From positions 66,838,001 through 66,902,000 of the forward strand of contig NC_087437.1 of assembly GCF_036321535.1 (NCBI RefSeq): DNA of 64,000 nt, given 5' to 3'. Origin of the DNA: Camelus dromedarius (Eukaryota). Positions 1 through 14,619 of this stretch are shown piece after piece. The notes under the pieces are model-generated. The model ran no database searches and was not told where the DNA came from. It saw nothing but the letters and a program-made list of their open reading frames with translations. The position numbers were made by a program, and so were the translations under genes. Position 1 is the first letter of the stretch. Every line of letters starts with the position of its first letter.

Positions 1-3000
1 ACTCAGTGCCAGGAAACTGGGGCTCCAGGAAGTCTGAGGACTTATCCAAAGTCACTCAGCTGGACAGTGGTAAAGCCCTGGAGTTAGAGGGAGACTGAGA
101 AAAAGGTACAGGAGTGTTGAAGAGTGATTAAGATTTCCTTTCTTTCCAATTTTAAGGATTAGGGTTTAAGCGTCTGGTAGGCCTCTCTCTGGCCCAGACT
201 AACACACACTTTGGTGTCAGAAGTAATTTAGAGCATTTAAGCTGAGGCACACCCTTAGCAGTCAAACCAAATTAAGTATGTTTATTGGATCTTCACGTGT
301 AAAACACTGTGCCAGACTTTTAGGATTCAAAGAAGTATCTTTTACTTAGAAGACACCGCTCGTGACCTCAGCATATGGTCCAGTTAGTTCAATTACACGC
401 AGTTAAGTTGTGGGTAGAGCAAACTGTCAGGGGGGGCCCGTTCTCGCTCATCCTACAGCCGTCAGGCAGGGGTCACTGGGGCTTAATGAGCTCTCTCTGG
501 AGAGGGAGGAGAGGGAGTCAGCTCCAGAGGCCCTCTCTCCCCTTCTATAAATTTGCTTCCTCTGCTTAAAAAGTGAGCAGCTGAACTTCAGCGAGGAGGA
601 AGGGTTTTATTGTTTGAAAGACATCATGATTCCTGTGTAAAAAGGGTGTGGGCTTGCAATGGCTGAAACTCCCCGCAGAGAGATGGAATAGCAGACTCTC
701 AGAGCAGCGTGGCAGGTGTGGCCTGGGGACACGGGCAAGGCAGGCCTGAGCTGGTTGAGAGGACTGGGGAACCTACCAGGAGGACCACCTCCATATGGGG
801 GACAGAGCAGCCCTGGTGCCACAGGACCCAGTGGAGGGTAGTCAGCCGCTCAGGACCCAGGCCATGTGACCAATTCTCCATCCTGGGAACTGAGAGGGAT
901 TGGAGAGGGCAGGCAGTGGGCAGCTGGTGTCCACATAAGAAACGTGGGAGAAGGCTAACAGATCCCTTCATGACTCAGCCTCAAGTGTGTCTTGGTTTGG
1001 AATCACTTGCTTAGCTCACTTCGTGGTCCTCTCTCACTTACCTCCCTTTAAGCATCTGGTAAGAGGGACAGATCAGGGAAAAGAAAAAGATCCCTGCCCT
1101 AGTCTTCTCCACTGTGCAAGCTGTGCTCACGTCCCACCCTCTCCATGAAGGCCTCCCAGATTCATTCGTCCATGAATTTGTGTCTTGGGGGCACCCACTC
1201 TATTTTGCTTCCCCCTCCCCTACAGCAGTGTTCCCTTGAAGCCTCATACTCACAAAGCCACGACTCCAAGTCTTCCCTGACTCCTGTTTACCCTCATGGC
1301 CAACATTAGGCCTGGCCAGGGGACATCTCTCACAGTTTAGCTCTGTCCAACAAGAGAAGGAACTGAGAGAGGGGTGGGGCAGCCCCAGGTGTGGATGTGT
1401 CAGGGGGCCAGAATCCTCGCCGGGTCAGAGGCATCCAGATGTGCAGAGGTGTTTGTGGGCTCCCCTCCCTGCAGAGACAAGGGGAAGCTACTTCCCCACC
1501 TGGTCTCTGGGAGACAGGGAGAGAGAGCAAGGACGAAACCAGTCTGGACACCCTGATCAGGGTTTCCCTTCCCATTGGGCTCTTTGTCTGCTAAGCCTGC
1601 CTCTGCATGTTCCCACCTCCTGGTGGTCTTTCTCCTTGGCTACCAAGTATATCTTTGATTGTATGAGTGTGTGGATGGGTGAGGATATTTTTGCAGCGTT
1701 CTTTTAGAAAAGGAGGGAGCAAGACACTGGGATCTCTCTGAGTTTAGGGAGTATGAATTTTTGGAGTACCACCTCCCACACTTCTCCTTTTTCCTTAGAA
1801 CATTCCCTGTGTGCTGGGCACTGGGATAAGTATCTCAAATGTATTACTTCATCCAACCCTGCAAGGCAAGTGTAACTGGCCTCATTTTACAGGTGAGAAA
1901 TCAGGGGCTGAGAGAGGTGTACCCTCGTGCTGAATGTCATCTGGTTTGTAAGGGGTGGAGCCAGCATTTAGGCAGAGTCTCTGACTCTGAATCCTGCTCT
2001 TAATTAGCTGACCACCGTGTTTTGTTTTGTTTTGTTTCGTTTTGTTCAGAATACACCCTGGCACCTATTAGGTGCTCAATCATTATTTCCCCATCGAACG
2101 CTTGACTGAATGTATGAATGAGTGTATCTGGACCCGAGGGGCCACACTGAGCCTCTGTAGACTCACCAGTGATCATCAGGAGAACGATGTGTCAGGGTGT
2201 GTCAATAGATTTTTGATTTTGAAAATTTATCAGAGTATAATTTGTGATCAAATATTTCATGGCTATTAATTTCATTACAGTATTTTGTGTATTTGTCTCT
2301 AAATGAAAATGTGTGGGTTGTGGGTCCTGAGTTCCCTACACCTTGATGCTCGTAGTTAGAGTTTCCATATATTACAGTGTTTTGGGAGAACACATTCCCT
2401 GTGTAATTCAGGAGTCAGCTGGCTTTTTGGGAAATCATCCTTGTGGGATTTTGAAATCATAGCCTCTGGCTGGTCACTGCCTTTTTAAGAACTTTACTGA
2501 AACATGCTCTGACCTTCAATTTTATGTGAACCAGCAGTAACCAACAGTCTCTGCATAGCTCTGAGTATTCTATTGAGAAATTTATTTTTCCTTTTGATCT
2601 TGATGTACATTTGGTATTAATTTTTTTCTTGGTGTGTTTCCATTTACACATGAATGACCTCAGTCTGTTTTTAGCAGAGCGCTGCTACAGCTGGATGAAG
2701 ATTCAGGAAAGTCCTTGAAGCCGCTGGCCTCAGAGAGAATCGCTTTTCAAAGCACGTACAATCATAGCACACATTCTGTTACACACACACACTCACACAC
2801 TCTGAGTCACAGGACATCAGGCTGTGAAACAGAGAGGGTCTTGACTTTGAGGAATGTGTCAATGAATATAAAAAAAGTAAAACAACCATCATCTTAAGAA
2901 AAAAGTTGTGGGGACCAGGTTGGGTACAAGCTGTGATCTGCAGTCTGGTATGGTTTAGATCAACATTCCACGAGTGCCCAGAACTTTTTAAGTCTTGTGT

Positions 3001-5030
3001 TAGAAAGTGAGAAGACATCTGGGAGACCCCTGAGAGGTAGCAGGAATGTCTTGTGCACAGATTTCTGGATGTTATGTAACATCGGCTATGAGTTTTTCTG
3101 TCAGAATCTGTGCTTGGACGAGCACTGGCAAACTTAAGGGAAGAGCAAGGCAGAACAATAAAGATGGGATTGTCTCATATTCTTGGTCATACGGTCAACA
3201 GAATTAAACAGCCCCAGAAGAGTCACTCAGATTCCTCCTGGAGACTGCAGCCTTGGCTTGTGTGCGAAAACAATACCCACACTCCCACGCACGGACAAAG
3301 AACTAGGCTGGATGCCTCACGTCTGCGGATCTGATCCTCACAACACCCTGGAAGGTAAGAATCATCAGCCTCACTTCCAGAGGAGGAAACTGAGTCTCAA
3401 AGAAAGAGGTCCCTTGTCACCTCATACAGCTGGTAAGTGGCCCAGGCTGTCCACCTCACGAAGCTGCTGCTTCAAGCTACTGCTGGTGTGAGATGGAGCC
3501 AATTTTCAAAGAAACTAGAGCTACTCCTATATCTAATCAGTCACTAAATCCTACTGGGATTATATACCACATTTGGGAGAGAAACCTCTGCAGACCTTTG
3601 TGGAGCTCCAAATATGGGGCTACCACTACAGCACTTAATTTATATGATAAAATGAGAAGAGACTGGGTCACCTGAAGAGATGGCCACGGGGGTGAACTAA
3701 GCTCTTTTGTGGGCTGAGGTATTCATTCCTACCCCCCAGACCCTCCATATGTGCCATAAAGGTGTGGCTCAGCAAAATTAGAAATGACTACGTGACAAGA
3801 ATAAGCTTGTCTTTGGCTACAAAAAAAAACCTTGCTGGGATTTTGATAGGAATTGCATCAAACCTATAGGTCAATTTAGGAGGAAACTGACATCTTTCCT
3901 ATGTTGAGTTTATAAGACCCTTTGGGTTTATTCCTTCTCCATTCCTGTAACTGCTACCCAAAGGAGAATGCCATTAGTTCAGGTCTGAATTACTTGACCA
4001 ACCTGATAACTCTCCTTTGGATTGTGGTCTTCTGGTATCCCCATTCATCCTGCATCTTGCTGCTGAATAGTGGCCCTCAAGCTCTCCTCCACAAAGTTCT
4101 TGTCTGGGAGTCTCAGACAGCTTTCTACTCCAGACCCAGGCCCAGGTTTACCCTCTCTGCAAACTCCTCAGACTTCCACTGCTCATTCATTCTTGACATA
4201 CCCAGTAATTCACAACTCTGGGACTTTCCCTATTCCTAGGACTTAGCCAGGAATCCTCCCACACTGCCACACTAATTAATCTGCTTCCATTCTCCTCTGC
4301 CAGTTCAAGCTTACTCCACACAAGAAACACTCCCTAAATAACCTAGTCATCTTGTCCATGTTCCTGCACAGTGGCACCCCAGCATCTCTGACATCCTGAG
4401 CAGGTCATTTTTAATGCCACCTTTCTTTATATAATGGAATTATGTTCAGGAATAAGCATGTAATATAATGGTTATACAATAATAATTGTTATCTTCTTAT
4501 TTTGTTCTTTAGTTTTAAATCAATTTACTTAAAAAGGAAGAATAGAATTTTACTTTAAAGACATTCAAATTCAGTAAAATAGTTCACGTATGAACTAAAA
4601 TTTACGCTTATGAAACAAAAAGATTACACTTTGCAGTTTATACTCTATTTCACTATTTTAAGTTTTAACCACAAATAAAAACCTCAAGTGCACATATAGT
4701 GAATGACTTAAGTTTTGTTTCCCCCTATTTGTAATTACTGTGCTATTGTTGTTTATTTCACATCTACTTTTTAAACACAGGAATGTGTAGAATCACAGGG
4801 GTTAGAGACACAAAGTGCACCTGAAACAAACTCACAGTATTCAAACCAGTATGAACAGACTGTTAAAATGAACATCTGTATTCGAGTCCACATGCGTTAG
4901 GGGATGGCTGTGCAAGCTGGAGGTGTCCAAGTCAATGTCCATGTAGACTACAATGTTTATCAAAGGATAAGCATTAAAAATGTACTAACACACTGAATAT
5001 GCCTGCATATATACTTTTAAAATTCACAGT

Positions 5031-5625
5031 CCCTCAAAATGTTAAACATAGAATTACCATATGATCCAGCAATTCTAATCCTAGGTATATACACCCAAGA
5101 GAAATAAAAACATACTTCTGCACAGAACCTTGTACATGAATGTTCACAGCAGCATCACTCATGATAGCCAAAAAGGGGAAACTACCCGAATGTCCGTTAA
5201 CTGAAGGACAGATAAATAAAGGATGGCATGCCCAACAAAGGAATATTATTCCACAATAAAAAGGAATGAAGTACTAATACATGCTACAACATGGATGGAC
5301 CCTGAAAACGTTTTGTTAAGTGCAAGAAGCCAGACACAAAAAGCCACATATTGTATGAGTCCCTTCATATGCAATGTCCAGAATAGGCAAATCTACAAAG
5401 ATAGAAGGATTAGTGGTTGCCAAGGACTAGAGAAGTGAGTAGGAAGATGGGGGAATGGGAAGAGACTGCTAATGGACACAGTTTCTTTTTGGGGTGAAGA
5501 AAATGCTCTGAAATGGACTGTGGTGAGTGATCGCTGCACAACTCTGTGAACAGACTACACATCACTGACTTGTACACTTTAAATGAGTGAGTTGAATGGT
5601 ATGAAATGTGTCTCACTAAAAATGT
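5031..5625 (+). mobile_element. LINE-1 3' fragment (L1MB-like): ORF2 C-terminus and 3' UTR
   Basis: Typical L1 text CATAGAATTACCATATGATCCAGCAATTC. ORF 5223-5438 (YYSTIKRNEVLIHATTWMDPEN...) resembles the L1 ORF2 C-terminal region. Confidence 0.9.
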
Positions 5626-8600
5626 TTTTAAAGGAATAAATATAGCAATTGTTTAGAACTTAGACCAAGAAAAGACTTTTGGGAGGAAAGATATTTTATC
5701 ACTGTCATGGTTAGCATTACCTGTGTGTGGTGACCAAGAAAAGTAGACTCACTCTTTAGATGGTCTTACTGTCATTTTTAATTTCTCTGTAGACACACCC
5801 TCTTATTCTGGGCATTCAGAGCGGACCTCTCCCCCTGCTGAGTCTTGATACATCACTGTGAGTACGCTCAGTGTACGTCTGTACCACAGCCCACTTGGTG
5901 CTTAGCGCTTATAAATTGCTTATGTGCAGAGAAAAGTATAATTTGGAATTTAAAAATAATTTAATTAAAAAAATTAAAATAGTGAGGTGACACTCCTGTC
6001 TGGGGAGTTGAGAGCCATTAAAAATGAAATAAAAACTTTATATAGTTAAGTGAGTCTTCTGTAGACTTTTTGTTCAGAAATCACTGTTTCTAAACTCAAC
6101 CCCAGGATCCAGATCCCATGCACTGTTGACCAACACAGAGCGCCCTATACTGATGGAACAAGCCATAGATCTAAATGTCTGCTGTTCTTTCCAAACCCAA
6201 AGCAGTGAGACCCCTGTTCCCATGGCTGTGGAGACACTGGCCCCGTGGTGATCACCCCCTAGTCATGGCCCGACACTCCTGCTCTTCCGAGTCTAGACCC
6301 CCCCCAACTGCAGCACGGCTGCCACGTATGGCCCTTCTCCTGACTGAGCCCCAAATCCGTGTGGGAGCCTCTGTGTCCTCCTCCGCCCCATCTCCTCCTC
6401 CATCCCTCTTCCCCCATCGCAGTGCCACCAGCTCCATGCAGGGAGGGCACATTTCCCCAGAGGCTCTCAGACCTGCCCACTGCCTACTGGGCTCAAAAGA
6501 GGTCTTGTCTCCACTTTAAGGGTCAGAATTAGGGGTCTGGGAAACTGGCTTGCCTTCCGGCAATGTCATAAATGGTGGTCCGTTCCTATAGTACTACAAG
6601 TGCTATTTTTAAAGGACTTTCTAGTACATTATCTCCGGTGATTCTTGCAGTTTTTAGCAGCTAGACACTTTCTAGCTCCTAGAACATTTTCTAGACATTT
6701 TCTCAATTTTGATGATAAAACTAAGGCTCAGAGAGGTTAAGTAACTTGCCCCAAATCACAGAGCCAGTAAGTGAAGGAACTATGACAGAAACCTATGGTT
6801 TTGCTTCCTATTCCAGTTCAGTATTACATAGAGAAGTAAACCACAATAAAATTATAGTCTGCATAGACTGTTGGTTGGTCTTGGAGCCTAACATCATTTT
6901 TATTCTTCATGGGAAAATGCATTTCAAATTCCAAGCAATCAATGTACAAGTGTTCCTCTGAAGCATAACTCATGTTTAATTTGGGGGCCGACTCTATTGT
7001 CTCTCCAACCAAAGTTTCATTTTTATTGATTCCGTTATTACACTGGTCAGGATTCAAAGGGAGGATGAAAAATAAAGGCTTTGGAGTCAGACTCGGGCCT
7101 GCCAGCAAATTATTTACCCTTTTTGAGCTTGAGTTTCTCCTCTGTAAAACGAGGGTAACGTTGTACATACAGGATTATCATTAAGAGTGAATGAACAGGC
7201 AGGCATGTAAAGTACAGTATTCTGCCCCGAGTCCACGTGCAGTAAATGTGTGCTGTAGTTTTAAGGGGGAATTCAGGCACTACAACCTGGAATATATCCC
7301 CCCTGACCAGGGCACCCTTGTTCATCCTGCCGTGCAGGTGAAATTAGTAATAGTGTCCCTTTTTACTCTTAAGTTGCCCCAATATGGATGATAAATTCTA
7401 TGGTCACCTGACCTGCCAATGGCTGGCGGGCAGGGTCCAGGAATGGTGACTTCAGGGGATCACACAGTCCCCAGGCCAAAGCTCCCTAATCATAGGAAAA
7501 TCTGGCCTTTGTCAAGCGAATCTCACCAGGGAGCTGAGAGCTACTGTTTGGATGATTCCAGAAGCAGAGTCTGGGTTTCGTTGAGGCTGAAGCCAGGAAG
7601 AGAGCTTGCAGGGATTAGGGAGCCCAGCCAAAGGAACCAACAGTCACGCAAGTGTCTGGTCAGCCAGGAGTCCTGCCAAGGAGCCAGGCCACAAGGGCAG
7701 GGTGGGGGCTGGAGAGGGGGCCAAGACAGCAAGCCAAACAGGAGGTGAGGGTAAGCCAGGAGACAAAGTGTCAGGGATACCAGTAAGGGAGGTCAGCGAG
7801 GTGCCGGAAGGGCAATGGGTGTCACCGTGCATGGGAGGGGGTGCCTGGGCATCAGCCCCCCATGGTAGGTGGCTCCATCCTTCCTCGTCTTTAAGGGGGC
7901 TGAGGCACTGTCTCAGGCACATCCTGGTTGTACCCTCCACGTGTGCCAGGGTTGACCAGTAACTGAGAAGACTGCCGGCGATGACAAGGACCAAACATGA
8001 CTACACCTCTCGAGGCGCTGTTTCCTCTGTCTCCTCGTGTCAATTTGCCCGTTCAACAATAGAACTGGCAACTTATTTCAGTTTTGCCTGAGTACTGACT
8101 TCTCACAAAGTAACTGTCATAAAACACTTCTCATTAACGAGGGGTAATGATCAAAAGTCCTACTAATTAAGAAGCCAACTTAATTGGTGAAAAGAAAGGA
8201 CTAATGGGGTGGGGTGGGACTTTGTGACTCTGATTCTTGTGATAAGTCATTGCACCTCCCTGAGCTCACTTCCCCTCGACTGCCAGCGAAGGAGTAACTG
8301 CTGTGAAGATAAACAGAGAGCACGGTATGTGAGCATTACAAAGACTGTGGAGGAACATACAAATGCAAGCTAACATAGCTGCAATATAATAGTAAAGTAG
8401 CAGTGTTTTCCAAAACAGACATTTATCATTTGTATTAAGAGAGAAGCTTGAAGAAATAACATTGTATTTAAAAAATAATACAGCTGAGGTAAATGTAATG
8501 AACAGACTCTAGTAATTAGAAGCAGGGCAACTTCAAACACTAAAGAAATAGTCCTTTACATGATCCTGGAATATGTTAGCGGGAGTTGCTAACCTCACCT

Positions 8601-9239
8601 CCCTCTAGACACGTACAACAGCTAGGAAACATAAATATCTTCCCCCAAAAGTCAAGACAGATACAGGGGTGATAGACCCATACTAGAATATTAATACTAA
8701 TGGACATTCAGAGTCCCCTTTTGAAAAAGGAAGGGCAATCTTTTTTTTTTCCAACAAACATTCCTGGCTCGAATCAGGATGCTGAGTGGATCTATTTTGG
8801 CCCAATATTTCCAATCAATGGAACAAACAACACCTTTGATCAAGGCAGCGTCATGGTACAGAAGTGTGGGCTGTGGAATCTGATAAGCCTGGGCTCCTTT
8901 CCAAGCCGGCCCTGACTGCTCCTCTGTGACTTCAGGTGACGTATTCAGCCCCACTGAAGCTCGGCGCTGTCACCTCGGAAATGAAAGTGGCAGTAGCTAC
9001 CTAATCGAGTTGCTATCAGGACTGAATTAAATAACATCTAGCACATTTCAAGTACCATGCCTGGCACAGAGGAGGAGACCCATGGTCACTATGACCTCTG
9101 CCTTGCACTGCCAGGAAGCCAGGGACAAAGACCACGGCCATGGCCTGCTGCTTGTCAATGTGAGTGAGCGGTGAGATAAGGCCACCAAAAAAGCTAACCC
9201 ACCGCAGGCCTTGTGAATGGAAACACAGGGTCTGGAGCT

Positions 9240-9287
9240 TGTGTATGTGTGTGCGTGTGTGTGTGTGTGTTTGTGTGTGAGAGAGAG
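9240..9287. repeat. Compound imperfect (TG)n/(AG)n microsatellite
   Basis: Read directly from the sequence. Confidence 0.9.
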
Positions 9288-12200
9288 GTCCCCACGTATT
9301 CTGCTCTAGCAAGACCTCATCCCATATCTGGAGCTCTGGATACAGCTTGTGGACACCCACCTTAAAATACAGGGCATCCAGAGGAAGGTGAAGAGGAGTC
9401 CAGAAGGCCCCCACACCACCTCTTTGGAGAGTAGTAGAAAGAGTTTGGTGGGGGGGGCAGTGAACCCAGAAAAGAGAAGTCTTAGGACAAAGTGAGAACT
9501 GTTTCCAAATAGGTGAAGGGTTTCGTGCAGAAGCAGGTGAAGACATATTCTGTGTGGCTCTGAAAGCAAACCAGGACCAGAGATTGAGATGACAGAAGCA
9601 CGGTGTGGCTCAGTTAACAGCAAGGACTCCCAGTCATGTGGAGCTCTTCACCTGAGGGACTGTTACCCAGGCAACCCCTTGGGTCCAGGATCCCTGCACT
9701 GGGCTGGGCGAAAATTAGCTGCCCTGTAAGGTCCCTTCTGAGTCAACTGACCCTTAACAGAGCCCTGGTTCTCATAAGCCTGGCTTTTACTAAATCGTAT
9801 TTTATAAATCTCAAATTTTTCAAAATGGTTGATTGAGGTGATTATGCCTGAAGACATGCTAAAAGCCAGAGGAAATAATGAATATGTCAGAGCTGTTTTC
9901 CTTTTGTCATTACACTTGTGATGATTTCCATTCCAGTCTGGAGTCAAGGACTATTTCCTGAAGTTCCAAGGCCCTGTACACGTATCTTCCCTAACTCCTC
10001 CTTCCCACTCAAAACCCATCCTGGAGTCAGAGTCCTATTTATTACTGTTCTATCCAAAAGGTAAATTATTTTCAAACTTAAAAATCCAAAACCAGTTTAC
10101 ATCACTTTCCTTAAGCCCGTCCATTTTTATTCTTTTCTCTCAAATTGTCCTAACATTCAGATCATATTTGTGCAGAAATACTATATACACACATAGAAGG
10201 AAACTGATTAAAGAGCCAGTTTTGATCCTCTTTTTCCTCCAAATACCACCGAGTAAATGACATTTTTTAGCTTGTATCAAGCATGGAGCACTACAGAAAT
10301 GCGATTCAGGGCTCACACAATGTTCAGTTATTCAGCGCGGGACCCCGGGGCTAAAGGAGATCTGGGAGCCCTGAGGCCCTGGCCAGGCACCCTTGAACTC
10401 ATCTGAGCAAGGGCAGACCATCAGAAGCGGACGTGTGAAACATGTCAGCAGTTTCAGAGGAGCACCCAATGACATTTTAATCTGAAAAATTATAAACAAC
10501 CGCACTCCCACCACCAGCCCTGCCACCTCCCAAGGAATGTGCAGCGGGCGGATCTGAAGGAGCCCTTGATAAGCAGAGCAGCTTTAAAGTGCGCTGGTGA
10601 GGCCAGAGTTTGACAGCGGAGATTATTTCTGGTGCTTTCAAAGGTGCACACTTTATAAATGTATCACACATATACAGCACAGGTCTGTTTCTATGCACGG
10701 CATATATACACAACTGTCTATTTAAAAGCATCTCAAAGCTGATTTAGTAATAGCTTCTCCTAAGTGCCATGGGGTGAAAAGATAAAGAGATAGAGAAGGC
10801 CAGGTCTCTCCCCAAAGAACCACAGACTGCCTATCTGCTGGCCATGTCCACACCATCTCCGTCTTCCTCATTTGACAGATGAGGAAACTGGGATTCCAAG
10901 AGGTGAGGTGACTTGTTGTAGGGTTGTCAGAAAGGTAGGCCTCACCCAGGTTTCTTGTTTCTAAGACTAGAGTTTACTATGTGATGGTGGAGACAATATC
11001 CACACTGTAAACTAGAAAGCAATGCTAAAAACGGGCAAAGCCACTGGGGGCCAGGAGCCCTGGAGTTTAATCCCAGGAAAGGAAGGCACACCCTGCCCCA
11101 TTTTTTGGCCACTGCAACACAGACTGTGGGGTTCTCACCCGGGGTCACAGAACAGTCATGCCACTGGCATGCAGTGCAAGACGGCGGTTCGTCCCTGTGA
11201 AGCCCGCAGGCCTAGCTGCTGGCATCACCCTGCCTGCAAAGAGCAGAACTAGCCCTGCCACGCTCCACCCCTTGTGCAGCCCTGGGTTCTCTCCGATTGC
11301 TGTTTCCATCTACTAAGGATATGAAGAGGCAAATGGGAAAAGACAAAAACCCCGTCTCCTACATTTCCCCAACATGTGGCTCATGCCTTTCAGCCTGGTT
11401 TCTCCTTTCCTGAAGGCTGAGACTACAACACCAACCGGGGCAACTAGATTAGATCAGTTCAAACTTCAGTCAACTAGATGGAAATATCTACCACACCAGT
11501 CCGTTTTACAAAGCGACCGGCGGAGTCGCTGATGACAGTGGGAAAGCCGCTGGTCTTAGACACAGCCTCGGTCTCTTCTCCGGGGCAACTTCCTCGGGGT
11601 GTCTGTTTACCCAGCCGGGGTCTTCAGTGATGGGAGTCTCAGCACCAGTGAGGACCCACACAATGAGGCTTGGTGACCTCGTGGTGGGGACGCTGCGGAT
11701 GCGGCGCAGTCACAGAACAGTCCGTCCTTTCACTGGCTGCTGTGGGATGAGCGCGGGCTCGGCCAGCGGGCACGCTGGGCATCCTCTGTCTGCCGGCCAA
11801 GTCCGGTTTCCAAGTTCCCCACCGTCACCTTGGAGACGGCCGGATGGGGGTGGCAAGGCCCTGTGAGGGGCCTTTGTTTGTCACTGGAGGCTCCTTAGGA
11901 GGAGGGTGTGGAGAGCTGGGTTCTGGGCCTGGCAAAGAAGGATGGAAAAGAACAGGAAAGAGGGAACAGAATTGCAGCAGGCCCACAAAGAAGGACCCAG
12001 GCCAGGCCTGCTCCGCCACAGCAAGTTCTCCAGGTCTTCCAGCTGCCCTCCACAGCCTCTTGAACGTTCCCTCCTAGCTGCTCCCACCCACACAGGCTTT
12101 GAGGATTTCACGCAGGAAGACCGGGAGCCTGTGGTGTTTGTGCAGGACGTGCAAGAAGCACTGCCAGGCACCCCGAGGGAACTAGACGCAGGCTTAGGTT

Positions 12201-12314
12201 CCTTCCAAGGTATGTGAGATATCACATGATGAGGTCATGCAGTCTCATCCTGGGTGATTTAATTGTCCAACAGATACTTCTTGGGATAATAATAATGATT
12301 ATTTTTTTTCCAGG

Positions 12315-12510
12315 AGCTATCATTTCAAGCATTTATTATATGCCAGACATCTACATACATGATTTAATTTCCTCTCCCCAATGATCCTGAAAAGTGGGTA
12401 TTATTATCCCCTTTAATAAATAAGAACACAGAGGTTCAGAGGTAATGTCTGTGCAGCTAGGAAGGGTAGAGGCAGCTTTCACGTCTAGGTCCGTCTGACC
12501 CCAAAGCTTG
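12315..12510 (-). mobile_element. MIR SINE (representative; similar remnants near 1810-2005, 3330-3460, 6640-6810, 7075-7250, 8860-9070, 23100-23310, 35860-36030)
   Basis: Reverse MIR-like text GGGTATTATTATCCCCTTT...GAGGTTCAGAG...CTAGGTCCGTCTGACCCCAAAGC. Confidence 0.7.
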
Positions 12511-13731
12511 TATCTTTATAGTAATAAATACAGATGAGAAAGTAATAAACAAACGCTGCATTCAATTCTAAAACATTTCGTAACTTTTCGTGCCACGTCA
12601 GGTGTATTCAGTCTTGGGTAGCGCTGCTCTTTCATCTCCGAGGGCACAGCTCACCGTCCTGCGGCTTATACCAGACAGCGAGCACGCGGAGTCCAGAGTG
12701 ACATGTGGCTGATAAGGTCACTGAAATCTCTTAGGCTGCATTACCAGCAGCACAGTGCCTAGAAAGAGGGAGAACGCCACTCTGTGCTCCTCTGGTGACA
12801 CCTGGCCCATCATGACCTTTTTTGGGGAACACAGTGTAAGAGGGCCACAGGCACACTGGGCCAGGTTCAGAAGAGTCTGTCCTTGAAGGTAGGTGGACTG
12901 TAAACAACGTCCCATGTGGAAAACTGAGGAACTGAGGTTATTTGGCTTGGAAAAGAGTCGTAGTTTCTGGGACATATTGGGGTTGGGGAGGGGAGGAGAA
13001 GGGACTTAGTAAATATCTTCAAATTGTGAACTGCTGTGCAGAAGAATGCAGCTCTCCCACATGATGGTCACAAGCAGTTAGTTCTATATTCTTATGAAAC
13101 TAGTATAAGGATGCTGTCAACTGCTCAACAGAAGAAAGTGTTTCTAATATGTGGAACTGTTCACAGATGGACGTGTCTGCTCTGTGAAGTACAAAGTTTA
13201 CCACCACTGGAGACAACAAGCATCAGGACTCCCTGACATTTAAAGTCCCTTCTAACCCCTGAATCCTACAATTCATTCACTGGTAAATTAACCATCATAA
13301 ACATCCTCTCAGATTCCATATTTCTCCCTCTTAATATCTCATTTGCATTTAATCTGTTACACTTGGTGGCCTTTACTTTTTCCCTTAACTTGAATTAACT
13401 CTGTTGTTAAATACTTAAATATTAAATTCACAATTGTTGGTTTTATGAGGTATCCCTGAAATTTTTTTTTAGATACTTGACCTTTTTGATCAGCCAAACA
13501 TTTATCCTAATTTCCAACACAGGACATTTAAAGCAGATCTCTCATCCATCAGGGAGGGCAATTTATCTTTACGAACACGTCATTCCAAATCTTCCAACCT
13601 AGCGATCAAATACTGTCATCACTTCCCCTTCTAAAATGGAACCGCAGCAAGATCAATTCCTTTGGTCTCTTCTGCCTCTGAATATTGAAGTCACTTGTGT
13701 TGGCAATAGTACTGTATTCAAGTCAGTTCAC

Positions 13732-14170
13732 TCATTCATTCATTTGATGAATATCTGTGAAGTGTGTGATAGATATTGTCCGAGGCACTGGGGAAACAGC
13801 AGTGAATAACAAACCAAACTGTCTACTCCCGTAGAGCTGCCTTTTAATGGAGGAGACAGAAGTAAGCAAGATAAAAAAGTAAATACATACAAGATAAACA
13901 AAGTATATATTAGATGGTTCTCTTTAGACGTACTAAAGAGAAGAATAAAGCAAGAAGAAGTATGTGGGAGCGGCGGGTAAAAGAAAGAGGATGTTTCAAT
14001 TTAAATAGGTGGCCAAGTCCCTTTACATATTGTTTAAAGAGTAGGAACATCACTAAGGAAGGTGACCTTTGAGTTTCAAGTCTCAAAGGAAGTGAACAAG
14101 TGAACAGGGTAAGTACCTATCAGAAGAAAACTATAGGCAGAGGGAACAGCAGGAGCAGATGCAAACCCTC
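13732..14170 (-). mobile_element. LINE-2 fragment
   Basis: Starts with the reverse L2 tail CATTCATTCATT...GGCACTGGGGAAACAGCAGTGAATAA and continues with a purine-rich L2 body. Confidence 0.75.
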
Positions 14171-14619
14171 AGTCATGTCCTGGACACCTGCTAAGTGCTT
14201 AGCATCACGTGTGACACAAAGAAGTAAAATACAGGTCTCTGCACAAGGATCTTGAAGAGGAAAGAAAACATCTGCACCCGAAACAATGGGCAGGCAACTG
14301 CCAAGGGCTAAATTGCATAGATCAGTTCATTGAAAAACTTCTCTTTATTTACACTGGACCAGTCATCGTCCCCCCAGTGACACCTCAGGCTGTCCACCAC
14401 GCAGGCCAGAATGCTCCTCCCACAATTCTTCTGCTTTAGATGTTACACAACTTGCTAAGTCCGGCCGGAACTTGTCCTGCTCCATGGAGCTCTTCCTGAC
14501 CATTAGATTATCTGACTCTGAACAATAGCAGGCCTTACCCTCCACCTGCTGAATCAGAACCCACATCTTCATGAGCTCCACAAGCGACTGGTGTGCACAC
14601 TGCAGTTAGTGCTCTAAGT

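Noticed and set aside
3071..3080. Single perfect D-box GTTATGTAAC
   Set aside because: An isolated 10-mer with no supporting context; plausible by chance in 64 kb.
4430..6070. AT-rich flanks of the 5-kb L1 that might be a processed-pseudogene 3' UTR
   Set aside because: No ORF remnant, polyA tail or TSD that I can support; a BLAST search would be needed.
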